Positions 11,470 through 24,483 of a stretch of 36,584 nt of DNA are shown in pieces. Both the position numbers and the translations under genes were made by a program. Position 1 is the stretch's first letter. The number at the start of each line of letters is the position of its first letter. The DNA is from Octopus bimaculoides. Taxonomy: Eukaryota. The stretch is from positions 108,856,072-108,892,655 of the forward strand of contig NC_068985.1 in assembly GCF_001194135.2 (NCBI RefSeq). Reading direction: 5' to 3'. The notes below the pieces were generated by a model. It saw only the letters and a list, made by a program, of their open reading frames with translations. It made no database searches and was not told where the DNA came from.

Positions 11470-12252
11470 NNNNNNNNNNNNNNNNNNNNNNNNNNNNNNN
11501 NNNNNNNNNNNNNNNNNNNNNNNNNNNNNNNNNNNNNNNNNNNNNNNNNNNNNNNNNNNNNNNNNNNNNNNNNNNNNNNNNNNNNNNNNNNNNNNNNNNN
11601 NNNNNNNNNNNNNNNNNNNNNNNNNNNNNNNNNNNNNNNNNNNNNNNNNNNNNNNNNNNNNNNNNNNNNNNNNNNNNNNNNNNNNNNNNNNNNNNNNNNN
11701 NNNNNNNNNNNNNNNNNNNNNNNNNNNNNNNNNNNNNNNNNNNNNNNNNNNNNNNNNNNNNNNNNNNNNNNNNNNNNNNNNNNNNNNNNNNNNNNNNNNN
11801 NNNNNNNNNNNNNNNNNNNNNNNNNNNNNNNNNNNNNNNNNNNNNNNNNNNNNNNNNNNNNNNNNNNNNNNNNNNNNNNNNNNNNNNNNNNNNNNNNNNN
11901 NNNNNNNNNNNNNNNNNNNNNNNNNNNNNNNNNNNNNNNNNNNNNNNNNNNNNNNNNNNNNNNNNNNNNNNNNNNNNNNNNNNNNNNNNNNNNNNNNNNN
12001 NNNNNNNNNNNNNNNNNNNNNNNNNNNNNNNNNNNNNNNNNNNNNNNNNNNNNNNNNNNNNNNNNNNNNNNNNNNNNNNNNNNNNNNNNNNNNNNNNNNN
12101 NNNNNNNNNNNNNNNNNNNNNNNNNNNNNNNNNNNNNNNNNNNNNNNNNNNNNNNNNNNNNNNNNNNNNNNNNNNNNNNNNNNNNNNNNNNNNNNNNNNN
12201 NNNNNNNNNNNNNNNNNNNNNNNNNNNNNNNNNNNNNNNNNNNNNNNNNNNN

Positions 12253-12283
<31 letters not shown>

Positions 12284-13971
12284 CATCAATGTAAAATGTT
12301 TTGGAACATTACTGTTTTTGGTGACTACAATGGAAATTAGTTTTCCAATAACTTATACCACCGAATCAAATCATTTACCATTGTCGTATTCTAGTGCTTG
12401 AAAGCACGAGAATAGTTACAAAGGTAGACTTGAAGAACTGTTTGAAAGCAACGAAACCGTTGCATGGCAGATTATGCAACATAGCACTACATCTGATAGA
12501 AATCTTGTGATCTTTAGTTAACTCCCAAATAATGCTCACAGCGGTAAACTATGCCACTTCGTAAAATGTATACAAAGTTACTTGATAAGATGTGTTATGA
12601 GTGAAATATCATGGCTGTTGAATGAATACACTGTTGATGGAAAGTTATGAATAAAGTAGGATATCTGTTCTTCTCTCTTACGACAATATAGCCATGTTTT
12701 GGTTTATACATATATACAGAAAAAAAAAATGATTCTTGTTTAAGTTCGTCTGGTCTCAAAACTGCAAAGCATAAAAGAAAGATTGTGCTAGTTCCCAGCA
12801 ATAAGCAATTTAAAGTCAATGTAGAATATGTGTATGTGTGAGCGCGTATGTGTGTGTGTGTGTATGTGTGTGTGTGTGCGTGTATGTGCGTGTGGGTGCG
12901 TGTGAGGGGGCGTGTATGTGTATGTTGCGCGTGTGTGTGTGCGTGCGTGTGCAATTTCGCGAAATCAAACTTTTGATTCAAGAAAACTAGTAAAAATATA
13001 TTGGGATTCGAACCTCCTCTTCTCTCTCTTTCCCCCTCATTTTCTCTTTCTCTCTCTTTTTATCTCCCTTTCTGACTCTCTCTCTCTACTTATCTTTATC
13101 ATATGTTTCTTACAATTTCTCTTCCTATGTCTAGTTTTATTCGTTCAACTGTTGCAAGAATGTGAATAAGTGTTTCATATAATAAGTATAAATGGTTAGT
13201 ATAATGAAATGATTCATGTTATAAATGTGTTTCATATAATTCAACAATAACAAGAACAAAGACATACTACAAAACGTACAGCTACGTAGATCAGCCATTA
13301 ACAATGCATGTACTGGTGAATGGATATTTCTCCAGGAGCAACAAATTCGATGTATTTTAATCCAACGTTCAGTTAGAGCATTATAAGATGCGTGGTAAAA
13401 TCATTTTGTCTCTTGAATCAACGAGCAGTTCAAGAAAATGACAAACATCATTAAATTATTCTGCAAGAACAGGATCAAACAAATTTACTCCACGGTATCC
13501 ATTAGAAAAATAATTCGAAATAGTATAAACGAAACCAAATTGTGATATAAAGTTATGTCCCTTCCCTAATCAGTGCATGTGTGATGTGCCGTATTTCAGA
13601 ACGATAACAGCAGAACGAAAATCATGGAAATATCGACCATATTATTTCATTTAAATACCACTACAAAGAATACTGTATTTTGCTTAAAGAAAAATGGGCA
13701 AAGGTTAAAATAGGATTGAGTACCGATATTGCATGATCTATATTTGGGTAGATGCTTCCTATACAATTATAGTTCAAGAAAGTGCGTTTCCGCTGAGAGA
13801 TATATCACACACCTCACCGCATTGATAATAATTTCTAAAATTGTCATAAGGCCAGAAGCAGCGGTCGTTTATAACGACGCAGTTTCTTATCTGGTAATAT
13901 TTTAGCGGCTCAGTTTCTTATCATTTTATATATCTTTCCTTTATTCGATAAATTACTGTTTATGTTATAAT

Positions 13972-13978
13972 AATAGTA

Positions 13979-14055
<77 letters not shown>

Positions 14056-14056
14056 A
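13972..14056. repeat. (AAT)n(GAT)n microsatellite
   Basis: Seen directly. Confidence 0.95.
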
Positions 14057-14063
14057 AGTATAA

Positions 14064-14389
14064 AACATGCGCTACAAGAAATATTTTGCTCAATACCCGT
14101 ATAAAGAATGAGCTACAGCAAATATTCTTCTCAATACCGCAGGTCTACTTGTCAGTTGTTTGACCTTAACCAGTTGACCATGTTCCTTAGTGGCTGATAG
14201 TGTACGCATCTCTGATTACGAGCAGAATTAGTCGGGGAGCATCATAGCCAAGTGTTGAGAGTTATTCTTTGGGGTTTGAATAATTCACCTTTGGAAACAC
14301 GGGTATTTTGTCTGACATCCTTTAATAACTTTTATTCAAGGACCTTTTGAGTGGGACGGGCTACTCGACCGGAAGAAAATTCCAACTGG
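14064..14389 (-). mobile_element. Fragment of dispersed repeat, probably long 3'UTR of an R4/Dong family (second copy at 15117-15318)
   Basis: 14192-14389 aligns by eye with 15119-15318 (gctgat...gagcagaattagt...gcatcatagcc...aattcacctttggaaac...ggaccttttgag...aactggg). In the second copy it is contiguous with the end of an R4 ORF. Confidence 0.6.
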
Positions 14390-14997
14390 GAACACAAAAC
14401 CCACCTCCAGTGTTTCAAAATAATTACATCACATCTCACTCCTCTGGATCTTCACCATTCAAAATGAATGACAGAAAGATAGATACAAATATACCAAACA
14501 TCATATTGAAAGACTTCAGACAAAAATCATACCTCCTCGTTGATATGACTGTCCCAATAGATATAAACGTATCTGTCAAGACATACCAAAAACTGATCAA
14601 GTATAAAGATCTTGAAATAGAAATTAGCAAAATGTGGAACATGAAGACTAAAACAATACTTGTTGTCATAGGTGCCCTGGGAATGATAGCAAATGGGGCT
14701 GATTGCTACCTAGCTCAGATACCAGGAAACCCCAAAATGGCATAAATTCAAAAGATAGTGCGCATTGGGACTGCCCATATCCTACGCAAAATACTTTTTA
14801 TGTATTCTTAAATTTTAAAACAAACATAATTTTCTTATGGTTGCTTAAACATTTTCTAGAACACTGTGTACAAGACCAAATATATGGCATCCAAGGCATA
14901 ACACCGACATAAACTACTACCTTGTTGTCTCTTGAGGTCTCTGGGTGAGACTTGGAGCCAATTTGTAAAAATATAAAGCAAAAGTCAAAAAATAAAA
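14390..14997 (+). mobile_element. R4/Dong-clade LINE 3' end: restriction-like endonuclease (REL) domain, 3'UTR and (AAT)n tail
   Basis: HISLLW.FTIQ..DRKIDTNIPNIILKD...LLVDMTVPIDINVSVKTYQKLIKYKDLEIEISKMW...VVIGALG...IQKIVRIGTAHILRKIL* (decayed PD..D..K REL motif); runs into an (AAT/AAC)n array at 14998. Confidence 0.88.
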
Positions 14998-15028
14998 TAA
15001 TAATAATAACAACAACAACAACAACAAC

Positions 15029-15063
<35 letters not shown>

Positions 15064-15070
15064 CAACAAC

Positions 15071-15101
<31 letters not shown>

Positions 15102-15116
15102 ATAATAACAATAATA
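14998..15116. repeat. (AAT)n/(AAC)n microsatellite
   Basis: Seen directly. Confidence 0.95.
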
Positions 15117-16166
15117 AGTGGCTGATGATTTGTGCATATCTGATCTCGAGCAGAATTAGTGAGAGGGCATCATAGCCATGTATTGAAAAGAATTCTTTGG
15201 GCTTTCGACAATTCACCTTTGGAAACATGGGTGTTTCGTTCAACATCCTTAACCAACCCTTATTCAGGGACCTTTTGAGCGGGATGGGCTACTCAACCTG
15301 AAGTAAATTCTAACTGGGCTCTACTTGCATGGTCATGCGCTGTTTATCGTGACATGAGATCACCATGTCGCGCAGATATGGCTGTGAAGCACGTACCTGG
15401 TGTAACCTTATCAGACGGGTAGTGATGATGGGTATACTAGGCTTCGTATATTTTACCCCAGTTTCGCTTTGATGGCACGCACTGCTCTTCCACTCAATAA
15501 GTGTAGGTAAAAATGCACCAGAATCTTTAGTCATCTGTCAAGTCACAACAATGACCTCAGACAGATAATACTTTCCTTAAGATGTGCGCTGTGTCCAATA
15601 AAGCTCTCTTTTGCAAAACATCAATCTTGCATGGGATAAGTCTCAATGGGATTGGGCCCAACGCTCCGATCACCACTGGTATCACTTTTACATCACTCTC
15701 TCGCATTCCATACAGTCTTGCAATTTCCACTTTCAATTCAGAGTACTTTGTGATTTTTTCAACCTCTTTACTCACAGCATTCATGTCATTTGGTATAGCT
15801 ACATCATTGATCTGACAATATTTGTCTCTTTTTTATTCAATATGACAATATCCGGCCGACTTGTTCGATTACACGATCCGTCTGAAAATCCTAGTCCCAG
15901 AATATTGTTACTTTTCTATCCTGCATAATTTCACTTGGTACATGTTCACACCAGTTCTCTATTACTTCATATTGGTATTTATGACATAAGAGCCAATGAA
16001 GATACACACACTTTATCGTGGTGGGCGCTTTCATTCCTTTTACATCCATTTCCTAAGTAGACCACATTTTCCACACTCTTTCCCCAGTCTGCATTTCTGG
16101 GTCTCGGAAGTTTTATAGATGTTATACTTCGCTGACTTGGTAGTGAGAGCCCGGTCTTGTGGAGCA
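15117..16166 (-). mobile_element. R4/Dong-clade LINE 3' portion: CCHC knuckle, REL endonuclease and 3'UTR, degenerate
   Basis: Minus translation with shifts: APQDRALTTK..YNIYKTSETQKCRL...VENVVYLGNGC...HHDKV..LHWLLCHKY; EHVPSEIMQDRKVTIFWD*DFQTDRVI..SRPDIVILNKK...DVAIPNDMNAVSKEVEKITKYSELKVEIARLYG...VIPVVIGALG...LQKRALLDTAHILRKVLSV* (stop at 15557). Confidence 0.88.
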
Positions 16167-16184
16167 ATCATCATGCTTTAATTA

Positions 16185-16411
<227 letters not shown>

Positions 16412-16498
16412 GTTCAGTTTCTTAATTATCAGGTAATTGAATAAAGAATTTCAAACGTCAAGTCGATTTTTATGGAAATGAATTATTATTATTGTTGT

Positions 16499-16706
16499 TC
16501 AGTAGTTTTATTTTTATAACGTGCTTTCACTTCACTACCGAGCGCAACTCTGTGCGCCTTGGGTATGTGCTGTGGTTTGCTGTGGTGCTCTTATGTTTAC
16601 TGTACTGAAAGTGTTTTGCGTAGAATGTGTGCAGTACCCAGTAGTGCAATTTTCTGTATGTTATATATATTTGTAAGTCCTGATGTTTTTGTTGTATTTG
16701 CCTGAA

Positions 16707-16707
<1 letters not shown>
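16499..16707 (-). mobile_element. R4/Dong-clade LINE extreme 3' end with short 3'UTR and (AAT)n tail
   Basis: Minus frame IQKIALLGTAHILRKTLSVQ*, then UTR ending ...aaaaataaaactactgaacaacaataataataat. Confidence 0.8.
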
Positions 16708-16754
<47 letters not shown>

Positions 16755-17424
16755 NNNNNNNNNNNNNNNNNNNNNNNNNNNNNNNNNNNNNNNNNNNNNN
16801 NNNNNNNNNNNNNNNNNNNNNNNNNNNNNNNNNNNNNNNNNNNNNNNNNNNNNNNNNNNNNNNNNNNNNNNNNNNNNNNNNNNNNNNNNNNNNNNNNNNN
16901 NNNNNNNNNNNNNNNNNNNNNNNNNNNNNNNNNNNNNNNNNNNNNNNNNNNNNNNNNNNNNNNNNNNNNNNNNNNNNNNNNNNNNNNNNNNNNNNNNNNN
17001 NNNNNNNNNNNNNNNNNNNNNNNNNNNNNNNNNNNNNNNNNNNNNNNNNNNNNNNNNNNNNNNNNNNNNNNNNNNNNNNNNNNNNNNNNNNNNNNNNNNN
17101 NNNNNNNNNNNNNNNNNNNNNNNNNNNNNNNNNNNNNNNNNNNNNNNNNNNNNNNNNNNNNNNNNNNNNNNNNNNNNNNNNNNNNNNNNNNNNNNNNNNN
17201 NNNNNNNNNNNNNNNNNNNNNNNNNNNNNNNNNNNNNNNNNNNNNNNNNNNNNNNNNNNNNNNNNNNNNNNNNNNNNNNNNNNNNNNNNNNNNNNNNNNN
17301 NNNNNNNNNNNNNNNNNNNNNNNNNNNNNNNNNNNNNNNNNNNNNNNNNNNNNNNNNNNNNNNNNNNNNNNNNNNNNNATATATATATATATATATGTAT
17401 GTATGTATGTATGTATATACATAT

Positions 17425-17718
17425 ATGACCCTTTCAGTTACGAACGACCATGGCGTTGCTCCTAGACAGTTCTCCTCCTAGGCACATATCTGAGCAAGCA
17501 TTATGGAAGGGCAGAAGTTGCGATGTTGTCCAAGGGAATGGTAATGGCCGATACAGCTTGTCACTATTGACGTCGCAAATCTTTTCTACAGCTGAATAAT
17601 CTGGACCAAATTGAAATAAAGTGCCTTGCTGAAGAACGCAAGACACCACAGTCCGGGAAACGAACTTACTACCTCATGAATGTGAGCCTGACGTTGAGGA
17701 TCACAGTTTGTCGGCGTT
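17425..17718 (-). mobile_element. tRNA-derived CORE-type SINE (octopus OR2-like, by recall)
   Basis: Minus: cgtcaggctcacattcatgaggtagtaagttcgtttcccgg (B-box-like) followed by gttcttcagcaaggcactttatttcaatttggtccagattattcagctgtagaaaa (CORE-domain-like). Confidence 0.6.
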
Positions 17719-18751
17719 ACAATTTTCTTTGACACTCATTAAAAATAGCAGCCACATATACCTCCAATCGTATTCTGTAATTTTAGCAAAATGTCCATCT
17801 GAATGAAGGAGATCGGGAAAAAAACTATTCTTAAAATTAATATAGGATCTTCAAGGCTGTAACTAGATAACCTTTCATCATATGTCTGTTTCTTCAGAAC
17901 TAGCTTGAGGCAAAATAACAAGAATATTCTGTTAGGTATGATCATAATATTATGGAGCTTATNNNNNNNNNNNNNNNNNNNNNNNNNNNNNNNNNNNNNN
18001 NNNNNNNNNNNNNNNNNNNNNNNNNNNNNNNNNNNNNNNNNNNNNNNNNNNNNNNNNNNNNNNNNNNNNNNNNNNNNNNNNNNNNNNNNNNNNNNNNNNN
18101 NNNNNNNNNNNNNNNNNNNNNNNNNNNNNNNNNNNNNNNNNNNNNNNNNNNNNNNNNNNNNNNNNNNNNNNNNNNNNNNNNNNNNNNNNNNNNNNNNNNN
18201 NNNNNNNNNNNNNNNNNNNNNNNNNNNNNNNNNNNNNNNNNNNNNNNNNNNNNNNNNNNNNNNNNNNNNNNNNNNNNNNNNNNNNNNNNNNNNNNNNNNN
18301 NNNNNNNNNNNNNNNNNNNNNNNNNNNNNNNNNNNNNNNNNNNNNNNNNNNNNNNNNNNNNNNNNNNNNNNNNNNNNNNNNNNNNNNNNNNNNNNNNNNN
18401 NNNNNNNNNNNNNNNNNNNNNNNNNNNNNNNNNNNNNNNNNNNNNNNNNNNNNNNNNNNNNNNNNNNNNNNNNNNNNNNNNNNNNNNNNNNNNNNNNNNN
18501 NNNNNNNNNNNNNNNNNNNNNNNNNNNNNNNNNNNNNNNNNNNNNNNNNNNNNNNNNNNNNNNNNNNNNNNNNNNNNNNNNNNNNNNNNNNNNNNNNNNN
18601 NNNNNNNNNNNNNNNNNNNNNNNNNNNNNNNNNNNNNNNNNNNNNNNNNNNNNNNNNNNNNNNNNNNNNNNNNNNNNNNNNNNNNNNNNNNNNNNNNNNN
18701 NNNNNNNNNNNNNNNNNNNNNTATATATATATATATATATATACATACATA

Positions 18752-18783
<32 letters not shown>

Positions 18784-19619
18784 TACACACATGGGTGTGT
18801 ATGTATGTGTGTGTAACGACGATAAATAGTTATTTGATCGCGTGTATGTAGAATTCTCTGTTCTCCTACAGATATTACAAACCTTGATTTCAGTGTTTTT
18901 CGGTTATGCATATTTTCACATTATTAGTAAACTATTGTTTTACTGTTTGTATTGCTGAAACACAGATCCTGCATATTCTCGAATCATAGACAATGCATTT
19001 TATGAACTAATTTATAGATTATGTGTATGTATGTAGATATGCGTCCATGTGTATGTGTACATACATACATACGTTCTTGCACACATACATGCATACATAC
19101 ATACATACATACAAACATACATACATACATGCATATATACGTATAAAGTCTGGAAACATTTTATTTTCTGTTCTTCTGTATTTACTTGCACACCTCACAT
19201 TTAATGTCATTACAGAACTGTTCAAAAGTCATTGTATAAGAGTCAATTCAAGTACACTGGTTGACAAAGAAATACAAATAAAAAATTTCCAAAACGGAAC
19301 AAAAAACAGTCAAAAATTAAAATCATGCATTCTTTCTTGCAGGTTTCTCTCTACTGTGAACAATACAAAGCACCTAATCACGAAATGTCTCGAGGCTGTT
19401 GGTAATTAAAATTAAAACACAGAAAACTACATAAGAGTCTACATTTGATTACTATAATTCATTCAAATGCATTTTTCGGTCTCGGTCATTCACTCCCTCT
19501 CGCTAATAACGCATGAATCAACGAATGAAGTAATTCTTAGAACTATTTAATGAGATTTAAAATAATTATTCTCTGTCGGATTTACTTCTTTTTTGTTTCT
19601 TGAAAAATTTTCTCGCACA

Positions 19620-19652
19620 TATAAGTAACCAAATCTGTGGAACATTTCAGTT
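19620..19652 (+). promoter_or_regulatory. Core promoter of S-crystallin: TATA-like box (TATAAG, 19620) and initiator (TCAGTT, 19647-19652; predicted +1 at A19649)
   Basis: TATA start lies 29 nt upstream of the A of a consensus invertebrate Inr (TCAKTY), which is canonical spacing. This implies a 103-nt 5'UTR with no upstream ATG before 19752. Confidence 0.6.
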
Positions 19653-19751
19653 CGCTTATCAGTACGACAACGTGATCACTTCTGAACTGAATAGCTTCGT
19701 AAGCTAAAACTACGTGTTAACACCACCAACTTCAATCCTCACCAGTAAATC

Positions 19752-19884
19752 ATGCCTTCCTACACACTCCACTACTTCAACCACCGTGGCCGTGCTGAGA
19801 TCTGCCGTATGCTGTTCGCAGCTGCTGGTGTCCAGTACAATGACCGCAGAATCGAATCTTCCGAATGGGACAGCATGAGAAACA
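19752..19884 (+). CDS. S-crystallin exon 1 (M1-N44 + 1 nt)
   Basis: ATG at 19752, [22 protein letters not shown]...EWDSMRN (GST N-domain Y-F-x-x-R-G-R-A-E motif); donor A|gtatgt at 19885. Confidence 0.97.
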
Positions 19885-20535
19885 GTATGTACAATATCCT
19901 TTTATGCATCACTTAAAACAATATTTTTATGTTTACTTATGTTGAGGCTAGGATTTATAATATGATTCATATCTATTGATCTCATGAACTTAGTTGATTG
20001 ATTGTTACTATTTACTCACTAATGGTTATGAGCAGACGTTATAAGCTGGCGTATAATAGCTGTATTTAAATACGTAGACTTTGGTTATGTAAAAGAATTT
20101 ACTGTTATATAATAAACAAGCAATTCCTGGTCAAGGTCACTGATTCACCTGTAACGAGACTACGTGATAAAAATAGACAGAAAGCACCATTGTATTGCTA
20201 ATGAAGGAAATATCTTCTGTTCAAAGGAAGGGTGATTATGCCAATGATATTTGAATTCCCTCTCTGTCTGGTGTGGTTTTTGTTTTCAACTTCTGTTGGA
20301 TGGCTTTTGTAGTAGACACATGAATAAGAAGATGATTTTAGAGTGTTACTCTTCTCGGAAAGAAATAATAGAGGAAGGATTTACTTTAGGCACAGCAAAT
20401 TGAAGCAAATTAAATTATTATGATAGAAAGCAAGGGGAGATTCTGTGTGCGTCAGCCGAAAAAATTATGAACTATCAACGAAAGAAAGAACGGTAACTTC
20501 ACGCCTCCATTTGTGATCCATACTGAGCCACTCCA

Positions 20536-20576
<41 letters not shown>

Positions 20577-23310
20577 AGTATGTATATTTATATATGGATG
20601 TATATATGTATATATATACATATATACATATACATATATATATACATACATACATATATATATATTATATTAAATATATACGTTTATAAAACAAAATTTT
20701 ACAAAATATATAGTATCTGTTAACAGTCTTGCTGCAATAAAGTATCTTCAATGCATCGATTTTGAGCTCTATCTTTTAAGAGACATATATATATACATAT
20801 ATATATACATGTACATGTATATGTATACATCTGCATGTATATATATATAGATATGTTTGTGCATGTATGTGTATGCATGTATGTATGTATACATGCATAC
20901 TAATCATCCTTCGTCATTTTCTGATTTTTAAAAATATGTGTTACATTATTTTTACTTGTTTCAGTCAGTGCGGTCATGTTTGGACACCGCCTTAAGAGGA
21001 TTTTGGTCGAAAAAAGTTGGGCCCAGTACTTATTGTTTAAAGCTTCGTACTTATTTATTCTATCGGTGTTTTCTGACGAACCGCTAGGTTACCGGTTATC
21101 AAGCGAAGGTGGCGGAGAAACACTAACAAAAGAAACACATGTAGATATATACATTCATATGTATATATCTATGAGGTGTGTCTTTCAGTTTCCATATCAA
21201 ATTTAGGGGCCATGAAGAAGATACACGCCCGAGTAGCCATGCAGTAGTACTGAACTCGGATTCATGTGGTTGGGACAGTCGCATCACGGCTTCACCGGCG
21301 TCTATGTGGTAACGGAACATATGTTGATCGTATGAGTATTCGTTGAGTAAGGTTGTGGTGCTAAATAACAACATAGTGTTGTTATATATAATATATTCAA
21401 GTTGTATTATGGATATGATTCATGGTTGAATTCAGTAAACATCATCTTGTTGCTTAAGTGAAGTTTCATTGTTTATCGTATATCTTAAATAGTACAGCAG
21501 CAATAGAAGAATGATGGCCAATCACAACCATTATAGCCTACCTTGCATGTGCTGAATACACTCAGGAGCAAAGCAAGGAAACTCAAGAAATGCTGGTATT
21601 CTATCATCGGTAATTTGCGAGATAGCCCGAACACTTAACGACAAGGACTATTGCTAACGTCCAAAATTTGTGATACTTATAGCGGCTTTGCTGTCACATG
21701 TATTTCTTTTAATTTTAAGAAACATTCTCTTTACTATAACAAAGATTACATTCCCTCAGAAGCCTGACTTTCACTATTATCTCCTGCAAGCTAAAATAGG
21801 ATACTGGAAAGGCAGTCTATCTGAAATCACCTTAAAACTTATGATTACAGCTTGTTTCTCGCTTAGGTTATTTTCTTCATAGCGTCTCTGCTTCATTACT
21901 CACCTAAAGAATAACAGATCTATGCACATGGATACATACAAAACAGTTAAGGGGCGACCGTGACACCTCTCCTCGACAGAAATTATGACAATATCTAAGG
22001 ATAAAGCACATTCAAAGAATACTTACTGTACTCTGGGTAATCATCTGCTCCATTGCTATATCATCGCTCACGATACTATGAGACAGTTTTAAGCCCTCCT
22101 CTTGATGGAGATATTACTTTAAGCTCTGACCCAAACAACCAATCATGTAACATGTTGCACTTGATTACATGTTGCCAGTAGCATTAAGAGCCACCAGATT
22201 ATTATATGATATACAGTAATCAAGAAAAAACTAAATATGAACCAAACTCTTTCCAATACTTTAGGGACATCTATTATAACAGCTATACTGTACACGCGCT
22301 ATATTATATATTATATACAAATTATTGGAGTCAATAAGAGAACTGCTGCATTGTTGCTCGACCTGCTAGAAACAGTACTTAAACCTCCCTCAAATCATAC
22401 ACAACCATCTTATAAAGTAATGAACACTGGATACTATATGTACTGATATACAACTTGCGTAAAGTGATACAGGATGACCACACTTAAATCAACGATGTGA
22501 CATATGACTGGATTTTTAGATATCATATTAGAGCTACGCGAACGGAGTATCATACTATAAAACAATATTCCTCGGGACACCTTTTTTTTTTATTATTCTC
22601 TGGTTCAACGCAGAAAATGCTTACAGAAGTCTTTCAGAATTTAGAAAACCTAATCGGCGAAATGACCGGGAAAGAGTTGAGAGATGCTCTCATACTTCAT
22701 AGGTGAAGATTACTTATCGGTGTGTTTTTAGACACTATTTTCTGTTTTACGTATTCTCTAAATATTTTCAGCACATTAATTTGAGGATCTAGAATCTAAG
22801 ATTCTTGGTCATCGAATATTCGCCTTTGTTTTCTTGACTATTTAACTGTAAAATCCAAATGAGACCTAGAGATTAAACAAAGAATTATCCGTTAAAGCCA
22901 GGGACAAACTACTTTATCGCATTTATTGAGACTCTTTACATTCTAGGTTCAAATAATGCCAAAGACACACTTGACATTTATTTCCCCGGAGGTGATAAAA
23001 TAACGTACCAGTCGAGTACAGGTTCGCATGCATTGACTAACCCTTCCCTTCAAAATTAATAGGTTGTGCCTAAATCAGAAACCATTATTCTTACCACTAA
23101 TATCACGTTCTATTCGACCAGTAATAAAGTCATTAAAATATTGTTCGTGATTGAATCTCTTTTTAATGAAATGTATCTTTATTCCAGAGATGCCATGCAA
23201 CATGATGCCCATGCTGGAATTGGACAACAGGACCCAGATTCCCCAAAGTATGGCTATGGCTAGATATTTGGCCAGAGAATTTGGTAAGGTATTTTGTGTA
23301 TACGTCTGAG

Positions 23311-23342
<32 letters not shown>

Positions 23343-24406
23343 NNNNNNNNNNNNNNNNNNNNNNNNNNNNNNNNNNNNNNNNNNNNNNNNNNNNNNNNNN
23401 NNNNNNNNNNNNNNNNNNNNNNNNNNNNNNNNNNNNNNNNNNNNNNNNNNNNNNNNNNNNNNNNNNNNNNNNNNNNNNNNNNNNNNNNNNNNNNNNNNNN
23501 NNNNNNNNNNNNNNNNNNNNNNNNNNNNNNNNNNNNNNNNNNNNNNNNNNNNNNNNNNNNNNNNNNNNNNNNNNNNNNNNNNNNNNNNNNNNNNNNNNNN
23601 NNNNNNNNNNNNNNNNNNNNNNNNNNNNNNNNNNNNNNNNNNNNNNNNNNNNNNNNNNNNNNNNNNNNNTGTATATATATATATATGAAGCCACTTTAGT
23701 ATTAAAACACACATTTTGTGTAATTTGCGAAGTGGCACTTGATTCCAAAATATATTCCATGACAGCTGTAATGGTTTCAGGGTTCAGTTCCTTGACTTAG
23801 CTAATGATAGTCTTCTTCGATTGCTCCGGTGCTTCTGGTTTGACATAAAACCTCTCCTTGCGGTACCCCAACAAGCCAAGGCTATTCAAGTCAGGGGAAC
23901 GTGATGGCCAGCCGACATCACAGTAGCGAATGATGACACTTTCTCCAAAATATACCCTCAGCAACTGTGTTGTCTCTTGCGTTATGAGCATTTGCCTCAT
24001 CTTGCTGGAACTACACATCATCCCTATTTTAAAGGGCTGGGCGCAAAACGTCCTCGATCATGGACCTGTAACGCTTACCAGTCACAGTGACAGCCTTTTC
24101 CATCATCGACCTCAAAGAAATAAGGCCTGATTATCTCATCAACCCTAATTGCACACCATACTGTACACTTTATGCGGTGCAATTCTCTTAAGAGCTCTCT
24201 GTGTTTGATTAATTGGCCCCTGATTTTCATAGAACAGTTTCTCCATTCGGGTGCGTTGTGCGCAGCCATATTTTTGCATATTTAGTTTCGAGGGCCTAGT
24301 CCATAATATCTCTGAAAAGAAACACCCAAGGTAAAAATGTAAAAGAATTATCAAAGATTTCAACCTCTCAGTGAATTTTGGGCCATATATATACATATAC
24401 ATATAG

Positions 24407-24483
<77 letters not shown>

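Noticed and set aside
11372-12401. Long ORFs (250-390 aa) here and at 16683-17465, 17739-18911, 23163-23800, 28297-29223 and 30744-31245
   Set aside because: They are long only because N-gaps contain no stop codons.
3645-14997. Idea that the 5'/RT half (3645-5757) and the REL 3' end (14390-14997) are one LINE split by insertions
   Set aside because: Same strand and clade, but the connecting RT C-terminal half is absent and the 8.6-kb interval contains apparently unique DNA; cannot be supported without a consensus.
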